A DNA stretch of 60,362 nucleotides, filler included, from Hausera hauseri (lineage: Eukaryota), in assembly GCA_046269625.1 (NCBI GenBank). It is 12 parts of 12 records of this genome, joined end to end, with 100 filler letters (N's around TTAATTAATTAA, not from the genome) between each part and the next. Parts side by side here need not be neighbours in the genome. Positions count along the whole stretch, not along the records: positions 46,517 to 50,959 come from JBJURY010579337.1; positions 51,060 to 55,862 come from JBJURY010429807.1; positions 55,963 to 60,362 come from JBJURY010600222.1; 9 more parts are not named here. One strand, 5' to 3'. The translations under genes and the position numbers were made by a program. Every line of letters begins with the position of its first letter. Within the stretch, counting starts at the first letter, position 1. Of this stretch, positions 47,781-60,362 are shown in pieces. Below the pieces are notes generated by a model. The model saw nothing but the letters and a program-made list of their open reading frames with translations, searched no databases and was not told where the DNA came from.

Positions 47781-50700
47781 TTTATTCCAAACGCAAATGC
47801 CTGCACGCCCAACTCTTATTTCGCCGCACCCACTTACGCTTATAATCATTGCATGATAAAGCGACTTTTGTACTGGTCACCGATACAGCTGGTGCTCAAT
47901 CGATCGGATGATTGTTTGAGACACAACAGCTTTTGATTGTCCTTCATAGATACTGCAATAATCACCGTGGTCGATTTCCGTCTGTCTCAGCTGGACTCCT
48001 TTTGCCCGCATTTTCTGCCCACAATCCGTCAGAAGACTGTAGCATTTTGGACGTAGGAATATCCATTTCCGATACTGAACCCAACCTTTACTTTCATCCT
48101 TGAAGCAGCCGATTTTGTTTATGATGGCATTGCTGTACAATGGATGATTCTTAGGGTAATTGGATGTGTCCAGTAATCCGTCTGCCATCATTTGTTGCAG
48201 TAGTTTTTCGCGATTGACCTTTTCCACTTTGAAGGAAAAACTGTGTCACTGGCAATCATATTGATCCTGCCGTCGCCGCCGAACATTTGACGTTAACGTG
48301 CCAAATCGCGATACTGCAGCTCATACATCTGCAACTTGCTCAGGTCCAATTCCACTTGTCCGATGTAACTTGGTCGGTTCAGAACGACTTCTTTTCTGTT
48401 TAGAAGCTCGGAAACCAATCCATTGGCAATGTGCATTGACCTCCGAACTGCGCCTTACTCGTGTACGTGACCAACCGCTTTTCGCTATTCATAGGTGTAC
48501 ATTAAGCCGCTTTTTCAGATTTTCCACTTTTTCCATACAGGGAATTGTTTTTCAGCTTGTAGTAGTCCTTTTCGAACTTTGTACAAGCTGCAACTCGTTT
48601 CTCCGAATTTCCATCTATGTACGCCTTGAATATGGGAGCCTGAGAAAATCGGATTGCACGATGTAGCCGTGTGACGCGTACACCCAACTGCATGTAAAAT
48701 TGCAAGACGCCAATGAACTGTAATTTTGCTTGGGTTCATGCGTCATAAGCAGTTTCTTCACCTTCAAGCCTGGCGGATATTGGCTAAATGGCGTGACTGG
48801 TAAATCGTCCAAAACGTCATGCAGCTCATCTGGTATCACAAGATCGACCTCCATCAGGCACCCTATTGAGGCTGCCATGTCTGCTCATGGGAGGCTGACC
48901 ATTATGTCGTCCAGATCTTGTCTGTCGACAACGCATTCAAATGAACTGTACGGCAAGGGTTGCAAAAGCGCCCAGCCATACAGGCTATTAATATCAATAT
49001 ACAGCAGTGATGTGGTATCGGTAGCACTGACCTGATGCTTGTTGACAAATGTCCTGCCGCCGCGAATACCAACATCAAACAGCCGGTACATTTCCAGGTC
49101 TTGTAGCAGCTCAATGTCTCGATCCAGTGACATCAAAGCTGATGCCCAAATCATTCCCGGTATGGAATAAAAGTTGAGTGGCTCCAGCCTATCTTCAGCC
49201 AACACTTTCGCTTGAAACGCCTGGAACACATCAGCCAACAGATACACATCCAGTTTAAGATACTGGAGCATGTAATCCAATATGTTTCTACAGCCGAGTT
49301 CTATCCAAGATTCTTGTGCTCGCTGATATTCAAGTTCTGTGATTCCTGTCCATTGCGGCGGTAATTCCTCTGCTGCCCGGAGTCGCTCATATGATGTTCC
49401 AAAGTCATATGGAAATATGCCTTTGCTGCGTGCAATGTGTTGGAAACTGCGTCAGTGCTATCAGCACATCCGGTAAGACATTTACCAGCTTCGCCAGTGA
49501 TTCATTGAGAAATTGCAATGAATCAAGGAAGCGTACCTGGAACCGTTTTATGCGTGCTGACAGGAACAGGTACTTCTCCACTGTTGTGGGGATTATGGAC
49601 AGTTCCCAGTGTGGAAATCCGTTGATCGTCCATTTCAGTATATGGTGACAATCATAACCTCGGAAATTATGAAAGATCACCCGTAGGAATGGCCGCACAC
49701 GCCTCGCTAAATTGCATGCGTTGCATGCTGCTCCAAAGTATCTACCGGTAAAATTGTCATGATCCGGTACGAGTCATTTCTGTGCATCAAACGGTAATAT
49801 TTTGTGGCACAGATAACATTCCTCTGTGACTGCAAACGTCAGGCGTTCATCTTCATCTGTCCAAATAAGGTTTTGCGCTGTTATTGCAATACCGCGGTGC
49901 GATTTCCGATTCAACTAATGTTTCCAAATGATGCAGGACATGACGCACACGGTTCCGGCCGTGAAACATGTAATACTGCGGTTGACCTGCAACTTTTATT
50001 GGGACAACCAACATTCCGACGGCAATTGGAAAATGTTTTTGATCGTATACGTCGTGCCGTGGTAGGATTGCCTCAATATTAGCATATATCACATGCTGGA
50101 CTGTCCGTTTTAGACCAGTCACTAAATCGCAGATCCTTTTTGACTGGCATGACATTCATTGTTGTTCCTGATGCATTCTGCACAGCGTCACATGTTTTCA
50201 CCACGTGGTTTCTGATCTGAAGCCATGCAGACATATAAGACACCGTTTACAACATATTTGTTTTTGGACAAACTGATGGTGATCCATGTTCGACAGTCGG
50301 TCCAAATTTGTTACGGCCACGTAATGGAATTTTTCTGCCAGCTCCTACAATAAGAAATTTACTGTGCGGCCATTCAGGACACACATGTGGATTCTTGTAA
50401 ATTTCTTCGTTTGCCGGTATCTTAACTATTGTATTGTACCAGAACACGTTGATTGACAGCCTCGGATTACGCCGTTCAAATGTTGGACTGGTTTTTAGTT
50501 TCATCGGCATCCAGTTTTCGTCGAATTGCAATTCGGAAAAATACTGTCGATACTGACTTGGACGATATGCACTGACTGCCCACTTCGTCATATTTTAATA
50601 CCTCCAGAATACTGTAAATAAAACAGTAATCATCTTCCGTGTTTTTTACATTCACTACCGTATGAGTGCTTTAGAGCTTCAGGCGTCGGTATGAATGAAC

Positions 50701-50959
50701 GTCCGGACAGATAAATTATATCACTCGACCTTGTTATAATAAAACCGAGAGCGGCAATTTTTATTATTCGCCAACTACTACCCTTTTCGGTGTAATTGGC
50801 GATATTCTCATCAAACTTTTCGCCTACATCGGCAATAAAACCATCCGAATACGGTACGGCTCGATGTGACAGGTACCATTCACCAACCGGCTGCGCACAC
50901 CGGACGGAACATGTCTCAGCTGTAGTGTTGTTGTCCCCGACATGTTTACTTTCATGTCC
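47781..50959 (-). pseudogene. polB: Polinton protein-primed family B DNA polymerase, copy A (5' end cut by the contig end)
   Basis: IYANIEA, FHNFRGYDCH, FLDSLQFL, YLKLDVYLLAD, LYIDINSLYGWAL, KLKNNSLYGK, IGCFKDE, LRPKCYS, RAKGV; frameshifted. Confidence 0.95.
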
Positions 50960-51190
50960 NNNNNNNNNNNNNNNNNNNNNNNNNNNNNNNNNNNNNNNNN
51001 NNNTTAATTAATTAANNNNNNNNNNNNNNNNNNNNNNNNNNNNNNNNNNNNNNNNNNNNCAAAGTACATTATTAACATTGAAATAAAACAATGTACAAAA
51101 GATAATCATTGTCAATAATTGTCACAATATCCAGACAATATTGAATTGCCTGTATCTGATCTGATCTGATCTGACACCACCGAGCGTGTT

Positions 51191-54100
51191 TTATTTCAGC
51201 CGCCAATATCCATACGCCAAACTCTTATTTCGCCCCACCCACTTTCGCTTATCATCGTTACATGACAAAGTGACTTTCGCACTAGTTATTGTGTACAGCT
51301 GGTGTTCAATTGATCGGATGATCGTTTGAGACACAACAGCTACTGACTGTCCTTCTTCTACCGCTTCTTCATACATACGGCGATAATCACTCGTTGATTT
51401 CCGTCTCTCAGCTGGACTTCTTTTGCCCACATTTTCGGTCCACAGTCCGTCAGAAGACTGTAGCACTTTGGGCGTAGGAATATCCATTTCCGATACCGTA
51501 CACGACCTTCACTTTCATCCTTGAAGCAGCCGATTTTGTTGGTGATCGTTTTTCTGTACCACGGATGATTCGGTGGATAGTTTGACATATCCAGTAGTCC
51601 ATCTGACATCATTTGTCGGAACAGTTGGTCGCGATTGACGTTTTCCAGCCGCAGGAGAAAACTGTCTGTGACCGGCAATTATACTAATGTCAGCTGCTAA
51701 ACATTTACCGGTAATGTGCCAAATCGCGATACTGTAGTTAATACATCCGCAACTTGCTCAGATCCAATACCATTTGTCCGATGTAACTTGGCTGGTCCAG
51801 AACGATTTCTGTCTAATAACACCGCAACCAATCCATCGGCAATGTGCATTGACTGCCGAAACTGTGCCGTACTCGTGTATGTGACCAACCGCTTTTCGCT
51901 GTTGCATAGGCGTACATTGAGCCGCTTTTTCAGATTCTCCATTGTTTTTCCGTACAGACAATTGTTTTTCAGCCTGTAATAGTCCTTTTGGAACTTTGTA
52001 CAAGCTGCTGCTCGTTTCTCCGAATTATCATCTATGTACGCCTTGAATATGGGAGCCTGAGCAAATCGGATTGCACGATGCAGCTGTGACGCATACACTC
52101 AGCTGCATGTAAAACTGTAGCAGACGCCAATGGAGCACATAATTCAGCTTCGGTTCATGTGTCATGAGCAGTTTTTTTAGCCTGCCGTACATCGATTAAA
52201 TGGTGGGACTGGTAAATAGTCCAAAACGTCATGCAGCTCATCTGGTATTACGAGATCGACCTCCATCAGATATCCGACTGAGCCTGCCATATCTGCTCGT
52301 GGTAGGTTGACCATTATATCGTCCAGATCTTGTCTGTCGACAACCCATTCGAATGAATCGTACGGCAAAGGTTGCGAAAGCGCCCAGCCATACAGGTTAT
52401 TAATATTAATATATGTGGTATCGATAGCACGAACCTGATACTTGTTGACAAATGTAATGCCGCCGCGAATACCAACATCAAACAGCCGCTATATTTCCAG
52501 GTCATGCAGCAGGTCGATGTCTTGATCCAGTGACATTAGAGCTGACGCCCAACTTATTCCCAGTATGGAATAAAAGTTGAGTGGCTCCAGCCTATCTTCA
52601 GCCAACGCTTTCTCGCAACTCCTAGAACACATTGGTTAATAAGTACCCGTCCAGTTTAAGATACTGGAGCATGTAATCCAACATGTTTCTACAGCCGAGT
52701 TCTGTCCAACACCTCTGTACTTTCCGGTATTCATCTACGATACATGTCCATCACGGCGGTATTTCCTCTGCTGTCCGGAGTCGCTATTACGATGTTGCAA
52801 AGTCATGGAAATATACCTTTGCTGCGTGCAATATGTGCAGGGAACTGCGTCAGTGATATCGGCACATCTGGCAAGGCATTTATCAGCTTTGCCAATGATT
52901 CATTGAGAAATTGCAATGAATCAAGGAATCGTACCTGGAACCGGTTTATACGAGCAGATAGTGACAAGTATTTCTCCATCGTAGTCGGAATTATGGATAG
53001 TTCCCAATGCGGAAATCCGTTTATTGCCCATTTCAAAATATGGTAACAATCATAACCCCTGAAGTTATGAAATACCACCGGCAGGAATGGCCGCACACGC
53101 CTTGCCAAATTGCATGAATTGCATGCTGCTCCGAGATATCGACCGGTAAAATGATCGTGATTCGGTACGAGCAATTCCTGTGTATCGAGCGATAATATTT
53201 TGTGGCACAGGTAGAATTCATCGGTCGCAGCGAACATCAACGGTTCATACTCATCTGTCCAGATCAATGGGTTACTGGAATTATTGCAATACCACGGCTC
53301 GATTTCCCTTTCCATTATCGTTTCCAAACGCTGTAGGAAATCACGTACACAGTTCCAGCCGTGAAAGGCGTAATACTGCGGCTGACCGACCGCTTTTATT
53401 GGGACAACTAACATACCAACGGCGATTGGAACGTGTTTTTGATCATACACGTTGTTCCGTGGTAAAATTGCCTCAATATCGGCATATACAACATATGCCG
53501 GACTGTCCGTTTTCCACCAGTCACTGAATTGGAGCTCCTTTTTGAGTTGCATGACGTACATTGTTGTTCCTGTCGAATTCTGCTTGCACAGCGTCACATG
53601 TTTCTCCAATGTTGTTTTTAACCTGAAACCATGAAATCATACATGACACCATTTACATTGTATACGCTTTTAGACAAACTGATGGTGATCCATGTTCATC
53701 AGTCGGTCCAAATTGGTCACTGCCATGTAATTGAACTTTTCTTTTTGCTCCAGGAGTAACAAATATATTGGGCGTCCACTTGCGTTCCGACTTTGATAAA
53801 TTATGTCCACATGGGGGTTCTTATATATCTCTTTGTTTTGCCGGTATTTCTATTATTGTATTGTACCGCAACACATTACCAGTGTTGGATTACACCGTTC
53901 AAAAGCCAGAATGGTTTTTAGTTTCATCGGCATTCAGCGTTCATCGAACCCCAAATCGGAAAAATACTGCCGATACTGATTTGGACGATTTGCACTGTCT
54001 GTCCACTTGGTCATATTTTATTACCACCAGAATACTGTAAACATTATTTGTCGTCAGTATTTTTTACATTCACTACTGCATGGGAATGCTGCAGGGCTGG

Positions 54101-54622
54101 AGGTGACGGTATGAATGATCGCCCGGACAGGTAAATTATGTCACTCGACTTTGTTGCGATAAAGCCGAGAGTGACAATTTTTATTATTCGCTATCCACTG
54201 CCCTTTTCGGTGTAGTTGGCGATTTTCTCATCTAGCTTCTCACCTACCACTGCGATCAAATCCTCAGAATATGGCACAGCTCGATGTGACATGTACCATT
54301 GTTTCATGTCGCCCTGTACATTTTTAAATTCTGCAAGTGCGTAATATTGAGCTTTACAGTGGTGTAGGTATTGGAATTTTCTCATTTCTGATTCAAACCG
54401 GCTGCGCACACTGGATGGCACATGCCTCAGCGGTAGTGTTGTTATCCCCGACATGTTTACTTTCATGTCCACGAACGATTTGTTTAGATCGTACTTGACA
54501 GTTATGGAAGGTTCCTGCTGCTGCTGCTGTTCGGTACTATTTCGGATGCACTCGTCAAGACTTGTGGATGCTTGACTTTTCCTACATGTTGGCGGGATAC
54601 TGGTGTTTCTTGTAGTCATCAC
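51191..54622 (-). pseudogene. polB: Polinton protein-primed family B DNA polymerase, copy B (full length, disrupted)
   Basis: Same motifs, plus N-terminal EKGSG and an EndoVII/HNH-like C..HDHFTGRYLGAACNSCNL insert; ends NDDKRKW...SLAYGYW. Confidence 0.95.
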
Positions 54623-55531
54623 TATTTCCTTTTTGGACTGCTGAAATGGCTGATTATAAAATTGTTCATAGTTGATAAACTATAGAACAACGTAGGCCAG
54701 TTTACCGTGCCCCGTTGTGGTGTCATAGTACTGCTCCATTACATTATGGCAACCATCAACATCATGCAACTTAGTAGTACAGTAACGTGGAAATGTGGGG
54801 CAATGCACAATCATCTTAGACCGCGTAATAGGCCCAAAATGCTTGTGCATCGCATAAAAGTCGGAGTATGGACAAGAGGCTTAAATACTACAGCACGTTG
54901 GGCACAAATGTGTCCGTTCCTACAGAGTAATATTTAGCCATCTGCTGATGACACTGCTCCTGCTCCACATGTATGCGCGAGACGCAATACATGGGATATT
55001 GATTGCACTTCTGCTAAACAAAAAACATTAAAGTAAATGTTTTATATTCAGTTACAAATACTATAAATTGAAATACCATAACTTATTAAAAGGTCTCCAT
55101 ACTGCCTTATAAACAATTATTCTAAATGCTACAACAATAACAACAACTAAAATCACATGGAACAGGACATTGAAAGCGTGATTAAGAAATTGACCGATGA
55201 CATTTTTACTGGACATGTGTTCGATGTTCAGTTTTTGTGAGCTCGCAGAAACCAGAATAATTAGTCGACGGAAATATTGAATTAATTGTTAGATCTCTTC
55301 ATACAGCGTATCAAAGATGAAATGAGACCAAAACGGCAACAACAACGACGGATTAATTTCCTCATTGGACTTGTATTTCTGCTTCGCTTTGTATTGTAAT
55401 GAAAAAGTTAATTTACTGCATTTAATCACAAATATACATTATTTTGCTATGTTTATTTCGCGAATTAATATAATTTATTTGTTACATTTCAGTATAAATA
55501 CTTGTGCTTCGTTATGGCTTGACATTACGAC

Positions 55532-55786
55532 ATGTCTTATTTAACAGAACTCATTCGTTTGTATTGCTCCTTCGACGGTCTCCGGAGGCACCTTTACAAT
55601 CTTGATCCACCTTTACATGATGTACGATACTGTTCACCGGAAGAGATACTTCTGCGTGCTGAGGAGAATTTGATTGTACGAGAACCTTATCTACGACATA
55701 TGAAGCAGGTTGTTGGTGGCATGGACATGATATTCGGCCAGATTTTTCTCACTTATCGGAAATTGGCGGATTACTGTGTTGGATGA
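55532..55786 (+). CDS. Small hypothetical ORF, probably Polinton accessory
   Basis: 84-aa ATG ORF with TATAAATA ~35 bp upstream, on the polB contig. Confidence 0.4.
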   Translation: MSYLTELIRLYCSFDGLRRHLYNLDPPLHDVRYCSPEEILLRAEENLIVREPYLRHMKQVVGGMDMIFGQIFLTYRKLADYCVG

Positions 55787-56133
55787 CAATCCATGTCTAA
55801 TACGGTTTGTGGAAGATTTTGTCCAATGTGATCAGATTGGAGATTACATTCCAACGTGGCAGNNNNNNNNNNNNNNNNNNNNNNNNNNNNNNNNNNNNNN
55901 NNNNNNTTAATTAATTAANNNNNNNNNNNNNNNNNNNNNNNNNNNNNNNNNNNNNNNNNNNNGATTTAGTAGCAGTAGTAATTGTAATTGTAATTGTACA
56001 ATACTAAAATAATAAAACTTTGTTTTCTCATTACTCAGAACGATCATTATAGGTAGGTAGGTGGGAAAAGGTGTTGTCCAAAAACTAGATCAAACAAAAA
56101 ATGTTTGTTATAGTCAGATAAGTGGGGAAATAT

Positions 56134-56269
56134 GGTTGTCTGGAACTGGTTCGGTCCAAAATTTTTTCCCATTCAGCTCATTGCGGTGAGTCCGAATATG
56201 CAGGTTTCCAGAACTGGGTCCGTCCAAAATTTTTTCCCACTTAACTCGTAGCGGTAAGTCCGAATATGC
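56134..56269 (+). repeat. Two-copy ~68-bp tandem repeat
   Basis: GAACTGG..GTCCAAAATTTTTTCCCA..GCGGT.AGTCCGAATATGC at 56143 and 56211. Confidence 0.85.
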
Positions 56270-57199
56270 TCGTGGTAATTTGTGTGATCGGTTTTAAGCG
56301 ATGTCGTCGTACAAAATAAAATTCACGATTTTTCTACAAAAAACGAACGCATTTGCAATGATGACTTTTTAATAATGCGTTTTTCGATTACATTTTTCAC
56401 CCGGATTCGTTGGTCTGATTGTGAGCGGTTATAATATGAACTTTTCCCCAACTTATGAGCAATATATAAGACCCATTTCCACCACCTGCAGACTTGAACA
56501 TGGGGGAATTTTACCCGACTGAAAATTTCCCTACCGATTTTCCCAATGTTCCCTTGGTCGGACGACGAGGAAACCGTGTCCATTCGACTTGCTTCTGTAC
56601 AAAATTTCTGTACACCAGCAACATGTATTGGGTTGCCAGTTGTACATTGCCCGTTTTTCTTCTTCCACCTCCTGTGCCGCCGGGTTACATTTTTCGGCTT
56701 CGTGGCACTGTTAACTTTTGTTCTCCTTGTCCGGCTCTACCGATTGGTCTCGGTTCAAAGTTTATTGCCTGACCTTCTTCTTTTCTTGGATGGAGGGGTC
56801 TCCGACCACCGACATGAAATGCTCAAAATTCCGAGATAGGTGGGGAAAACTGGTTTTCAGGTCGATCGGAGCACTTTTTGGGAAGTGGTTAGGAGAGGAC
56901 ACTTCTACCTACTTATCTCACATTGCTATGACTGTGTAAGTATTCAAAGATGCAGTAGCCTAAGAATTCCTGAATTTTGATTTGGAATTGTTAAAACCAA
57001 TAAGTGATAGAATTTTTCATAAGTTTCAATTACGCATCAATAAGCAGGGACTTTAAGTAGATCCATTTGATAATTGAACTGTTTACACGTAGTATATTAA
57101 ACTACTTGTGTGTATCATTTATATATTATGCACTTTTTAAAATTCATTGGTTACTTGTTAAAAAGCTATTCTGAAAAAAGTAACAGAAATTTCTGAGAT

Positions 57200-58194
57200 A
57201 GTCTGTATAGATGCGGTTTCACTACTCACTTATCAATTTTCCTTTTTGCTTCTTTTATTTTAGTCGTTGACAAAAATATTCCTTTGTAGTTCGTTCTATA
57301 TACTACTTGCTCACATCTCTTAGTATCACTTTCTATTTTGAATCTTATTCCTTCACTTGGATTTGCCGAATATACTATGATTGGAGTTTCAATTGTATCC
57401 GATACTCAATCTATTTTGCTTTTTTATATTTCTTTGTATATTCGTCCTTATGTTTCGTTGAGCTTTTCAGTTTTCAACAAGGCCAAATGGCATTGATCCT
57501 TGTCAACTTCGTATGACATGATTGATTCATCTGTGTCGCATTCCTTGTTGTAATAATCACATTCAGGCAATGTCATCATTTTTCCCTATGATAATAATTC
57601 CAAAAGAGCGTCATATTCTCTTAGCTCGACTTGATAATAATGGTTATTTATATTGTAAGATTCTCCCTTACAATAACCTGTTTTATCAATTGTTTCAGCT
57701 ACAAACATCTTATTAATAATTTTTCCTTTTTAGGCCTTCGCCAAATACTTCCTATATTTATTTGTTTGGTTACATCCGCTGGCTTATCGGAAGTGATTCG
57801 AACGGAATAGTTGATTGTACTGTAACGGAGTTTCTGTAACAAATAACTCCGTAAAATAAAGTAATCTCAAATAAAGTGAAAATTATTTTTTCGCTACAAA
57901 CATTCTTTCACTTTAGTTTTCACAAATTCCGATTCCTGATAAACATGATATTCTTTGTTGGATACTGTAGTTAGCGATGAGGGATTTGGATATGGACATT
58001 TTTGTATTTGGACCTTCTTTTGCTTGACTGCAGTCATAGGCAGTAATTGAGAATGTATTCGGCATAAAGTTGAACAAGAGTATGGGTAAAACTTCAATTA
58101 CCCAGGACAGATCAATATCTGACAGTTGATTCTGCTGTATTGTTGACCATGTGGAGGATTTTCTACCATTTGTCTCTGAGCTATTGGTACCCAT
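57200..58194 (-). pseudogene. env: Chuvirus-like/herpes gB-like class III fusion glycoprotein, N-terminal part, disrupted
   Basis: Hydrophobic leader then ITAYDCS; KCPYP..YHVYQE..VKEC; GYCKGESY; LPECDYYNKEC; QCHLALL; RCEQVVYRTNYKGIFL. The order fits the cysteine pattern of chuvirus-type G proteins. Confidence 0.65.
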
Positions 58195-59049
58195 TTTTGT
58201 ATTGTTTGGATTAAACTATTGATCCATCCTGAGATTTTACACGTCCTTCCACTTTAGCTTTTAGTGCTCTTGTGGCGATTTCTATTTCTTTCTAAATCCT
58301 CTTGGTTTGGATTGATACCGTTCATCACTATTATTTTATATAGGAGATAAGATAGCCGTTACAATTTTATTTCTAGATATACCTGTTCCCATCATTCTAG
58401 AGAGTATCTCTTTTTCTTGTATCGCGTTTATTCTTTAGTCCGTAGGAATATCTGCGAATTGCTCACAGATTTTTGCTATTTCTTTCCTGATAGTTTTATT
58501 AGGGAGTCAGGTACCTGTAGGTTTGTATTAAAGTCAACGAATGCATTATGCATTCTTGATAATAAGGTTTGTAGCAATGTTGCCAAGGACACATTACTTG
58601 CATCATACTCTTTGGTTGTTAACAATCTTCGAACGAATTTATCTCTTGCCTTTCTTTCTTAATTGGTAAAGTTTCGTCGTTTCTTTAGATCTACTTCGAT
58701 TTCTTTTATCGGTTTGAATTTGTTCTGATATAAGGTTATTTGTTTCGCTTCTTGTATCAGCGGTTTATCTTTTCTCTTAACTTTTTTCTTTTCGGTATCG
58801 GATTTTGATGCAGGATTTTTTTAGGCCTACCTATTGGAACAATAATTGAATATTCATTCATCATTTTGTGTTGTTTTCACAAATCTGGTGTTCCTTTAAT
58901 TCTAAATATAGCTACTTTAATTCAGATACTTTATATTCATCATCTTTTGCCATATTTGTTTTGCTTTCCTTTAGCTTAGCTCTAATCTTTTGGAGCTTTT
59001 CTATTGTATATTCAGGCTCTGTATCTGTAGTTTCATGCTTATTATCTGT

Positions 59050-59900
59050 GTCATATGTTACCAATTATATCAACATTCTTTTTCTTTGAACCTGACTTTT
59101 TTTTATTGAGACACGAACGAGCCATATATCCATATTTTGGACAGGCAAAATAATGGCTGTTCATCCTGGTTGACCATTCGTTTCTTCATTGCAAATTTTT
59201 GAGGTTCATTCTGAAAATTAAATTTGGCTGATTCTGAAATTTTTGGAGTGTTTTTTGACAATTTTTCTTCTGAAAATTTTCCACTTTCTTGTCATTATTT
59301 CTTGGAGAGTTTTTCGTATTTTCAAGCCTTTCATAATTGACTTCTGTCTTTCTGGCTTTACTGACAGTCTCTTTATTAGTGTCAGGATCGACAACGGTGA
59401 TATAATTTTGAATCTTTGGTTACTCCATAAGAGAACTGAGCTAGTAATGCATCTTCCCTTATTTTTTCATATACATAGACTCTCTGAACGAACGTATTAA
59501 GGGCACATGCATACTCTTGCGCGGTTTCACCTTTTCTTTCAAGCCGTTTGTTGAATTATCCTATTCGACCCTTTTCTAACGGATCTACTAAGAGCATTTT
59601 TTCCATGGACTCCCTGGAGCTAGCCCATTCAGCTTTATCCTCATCATCTACTTGGGTATAAGCACTGAGTTCTATTTGAGATGAAGCGGGAGAAGCTTTA
59701 TTCTCAACTAGTTTGTCCATTCGAAGCTTTCGGAATGTATTTCGTATTTCTTTAGGAATTCACTGTAGTCTTGATATGGTTTTTCCTCGAATTTATCCTT
59801 AGGCAAGACCATTTTGCCACTTAGGTTACTACCTAAGCCAGTACCTAATCTTAAGTTCGACATCGGTTATCTTCTGTCTCAAATTCGGATGAACTTCTTG
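59050..59900 (-). pseudogene. gag: Decayed LTR-retrotransposon gag with a CCHC-like knuckle
   Basis: YFACPKYGYMARSCL at ~59110-59155 (degenerate CxxCxxxGHxARxC); upstream RKGET gag-like segment. Confidence 0.55.
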
Positions 59901-59967
59901 CTGAATTCGTGTTTTCTACTGTCAGTAGCTTTTCTTCTACAACGGAGATTATAAGCCAGCGTACCTC

Positions 59968-60164
59968 CTCACTTTGGGCACCCATGTTAAGTTTTACGGC
60001 TAAAAGAGGTATGTGAATCTTTCGACCCCAATACTTAATCTCTGATAATTAACTATATAGCAACCTGTGGGTTGCTAGAAAATTATTTAACCTTATTGTG
60101 TGAGTCAAACACCATGAGACACACTGCCCAACTTTTCCCCTTATCTATATTGATTATAGATACA
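59968..60164 (-). promoter_or_regulatory. Putative 5' LTR (TG...CA, ~60164-59985) and tRNA-Lys-like primer binding site
   Basis: Minus strand ...TTAACA|TGGGTGCCCAAAGTGAG resembles the tRNA-Lys PBS TGGCGCCCAACGTGGG; the LTR start is uncertain. Confidence 0.45.
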
Positions 60165-60362
60165 ATATGAAGGATCCTAATATCAAATAAGACCCTTTTC
60201 TTTAAATATCGTTAATTATACTCTATTTATTCTCTAAATGTATAAGTATAAAAAATATCAGTACTTAGTGAACAATTAAAAAAGCTTAACAAGAAAATCT
60301 TTAATATATAACCCAAAAATATGGAGCTTATTCAATTAATAAAACTTACATCCATCATAGAA

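Noticed and set aside
47912-53634. Plus-strand ORFs over the polB copies, and similar antisense ORFs over Gypsy pol
   Set aside because: Shadow frames of recognisable opposite-strand genes.

Overview
This is not one locus. It is a pseudo-scaffold of 12 short eukaryotic contigs joined by artificial 100-bp spacers (44 N + TTAATTAATTAA + 44 N) at 4184, 8861, 13382, 18069, 26054, 30420, 34791, 39559, 46417, 50960 and 55863, so adjacency across spacers is meaningless. The DNA is AT-rich, repeat-dominated and metazoan-like; a ciliated invertebrate, possibly a flatworm-like parasite, is my inference. Contents: (1) four decayed Ty3/Gypsy copies of CsRn1-like type, with a doubled CHCC Gag knuckle in the three that retain gag; (2) a second Gypsy family whose integrase runs into an env-like membrane ORF; (3) a gag + chuvirus/gB-like glycoprotein element with no visible pol; (4) a NeSL-type non-LTR element with a Ulp1-like protease; (5) pieces of at least two Polinton/Maverick (adintovirus-like) families: three AGTAGTA termini, integrase, two pentons, core protein, major capsid start, two pPolB copies, a RING ORF and a TBP-like ORF; (6) a ~356-bp tandem satellite whose monomer carries a hammerhead-ribozyme core (retrozyme-like); (7) intronless decayed host-gene copies (CYB5D1, importin-alpha, CLN3); (8) a vertebrate/teleost-like FRY two-exon fragment next to an invertebrate-type TTBK exon. 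All assignments come from motif recognition by eye; no searches or folding programs were run.
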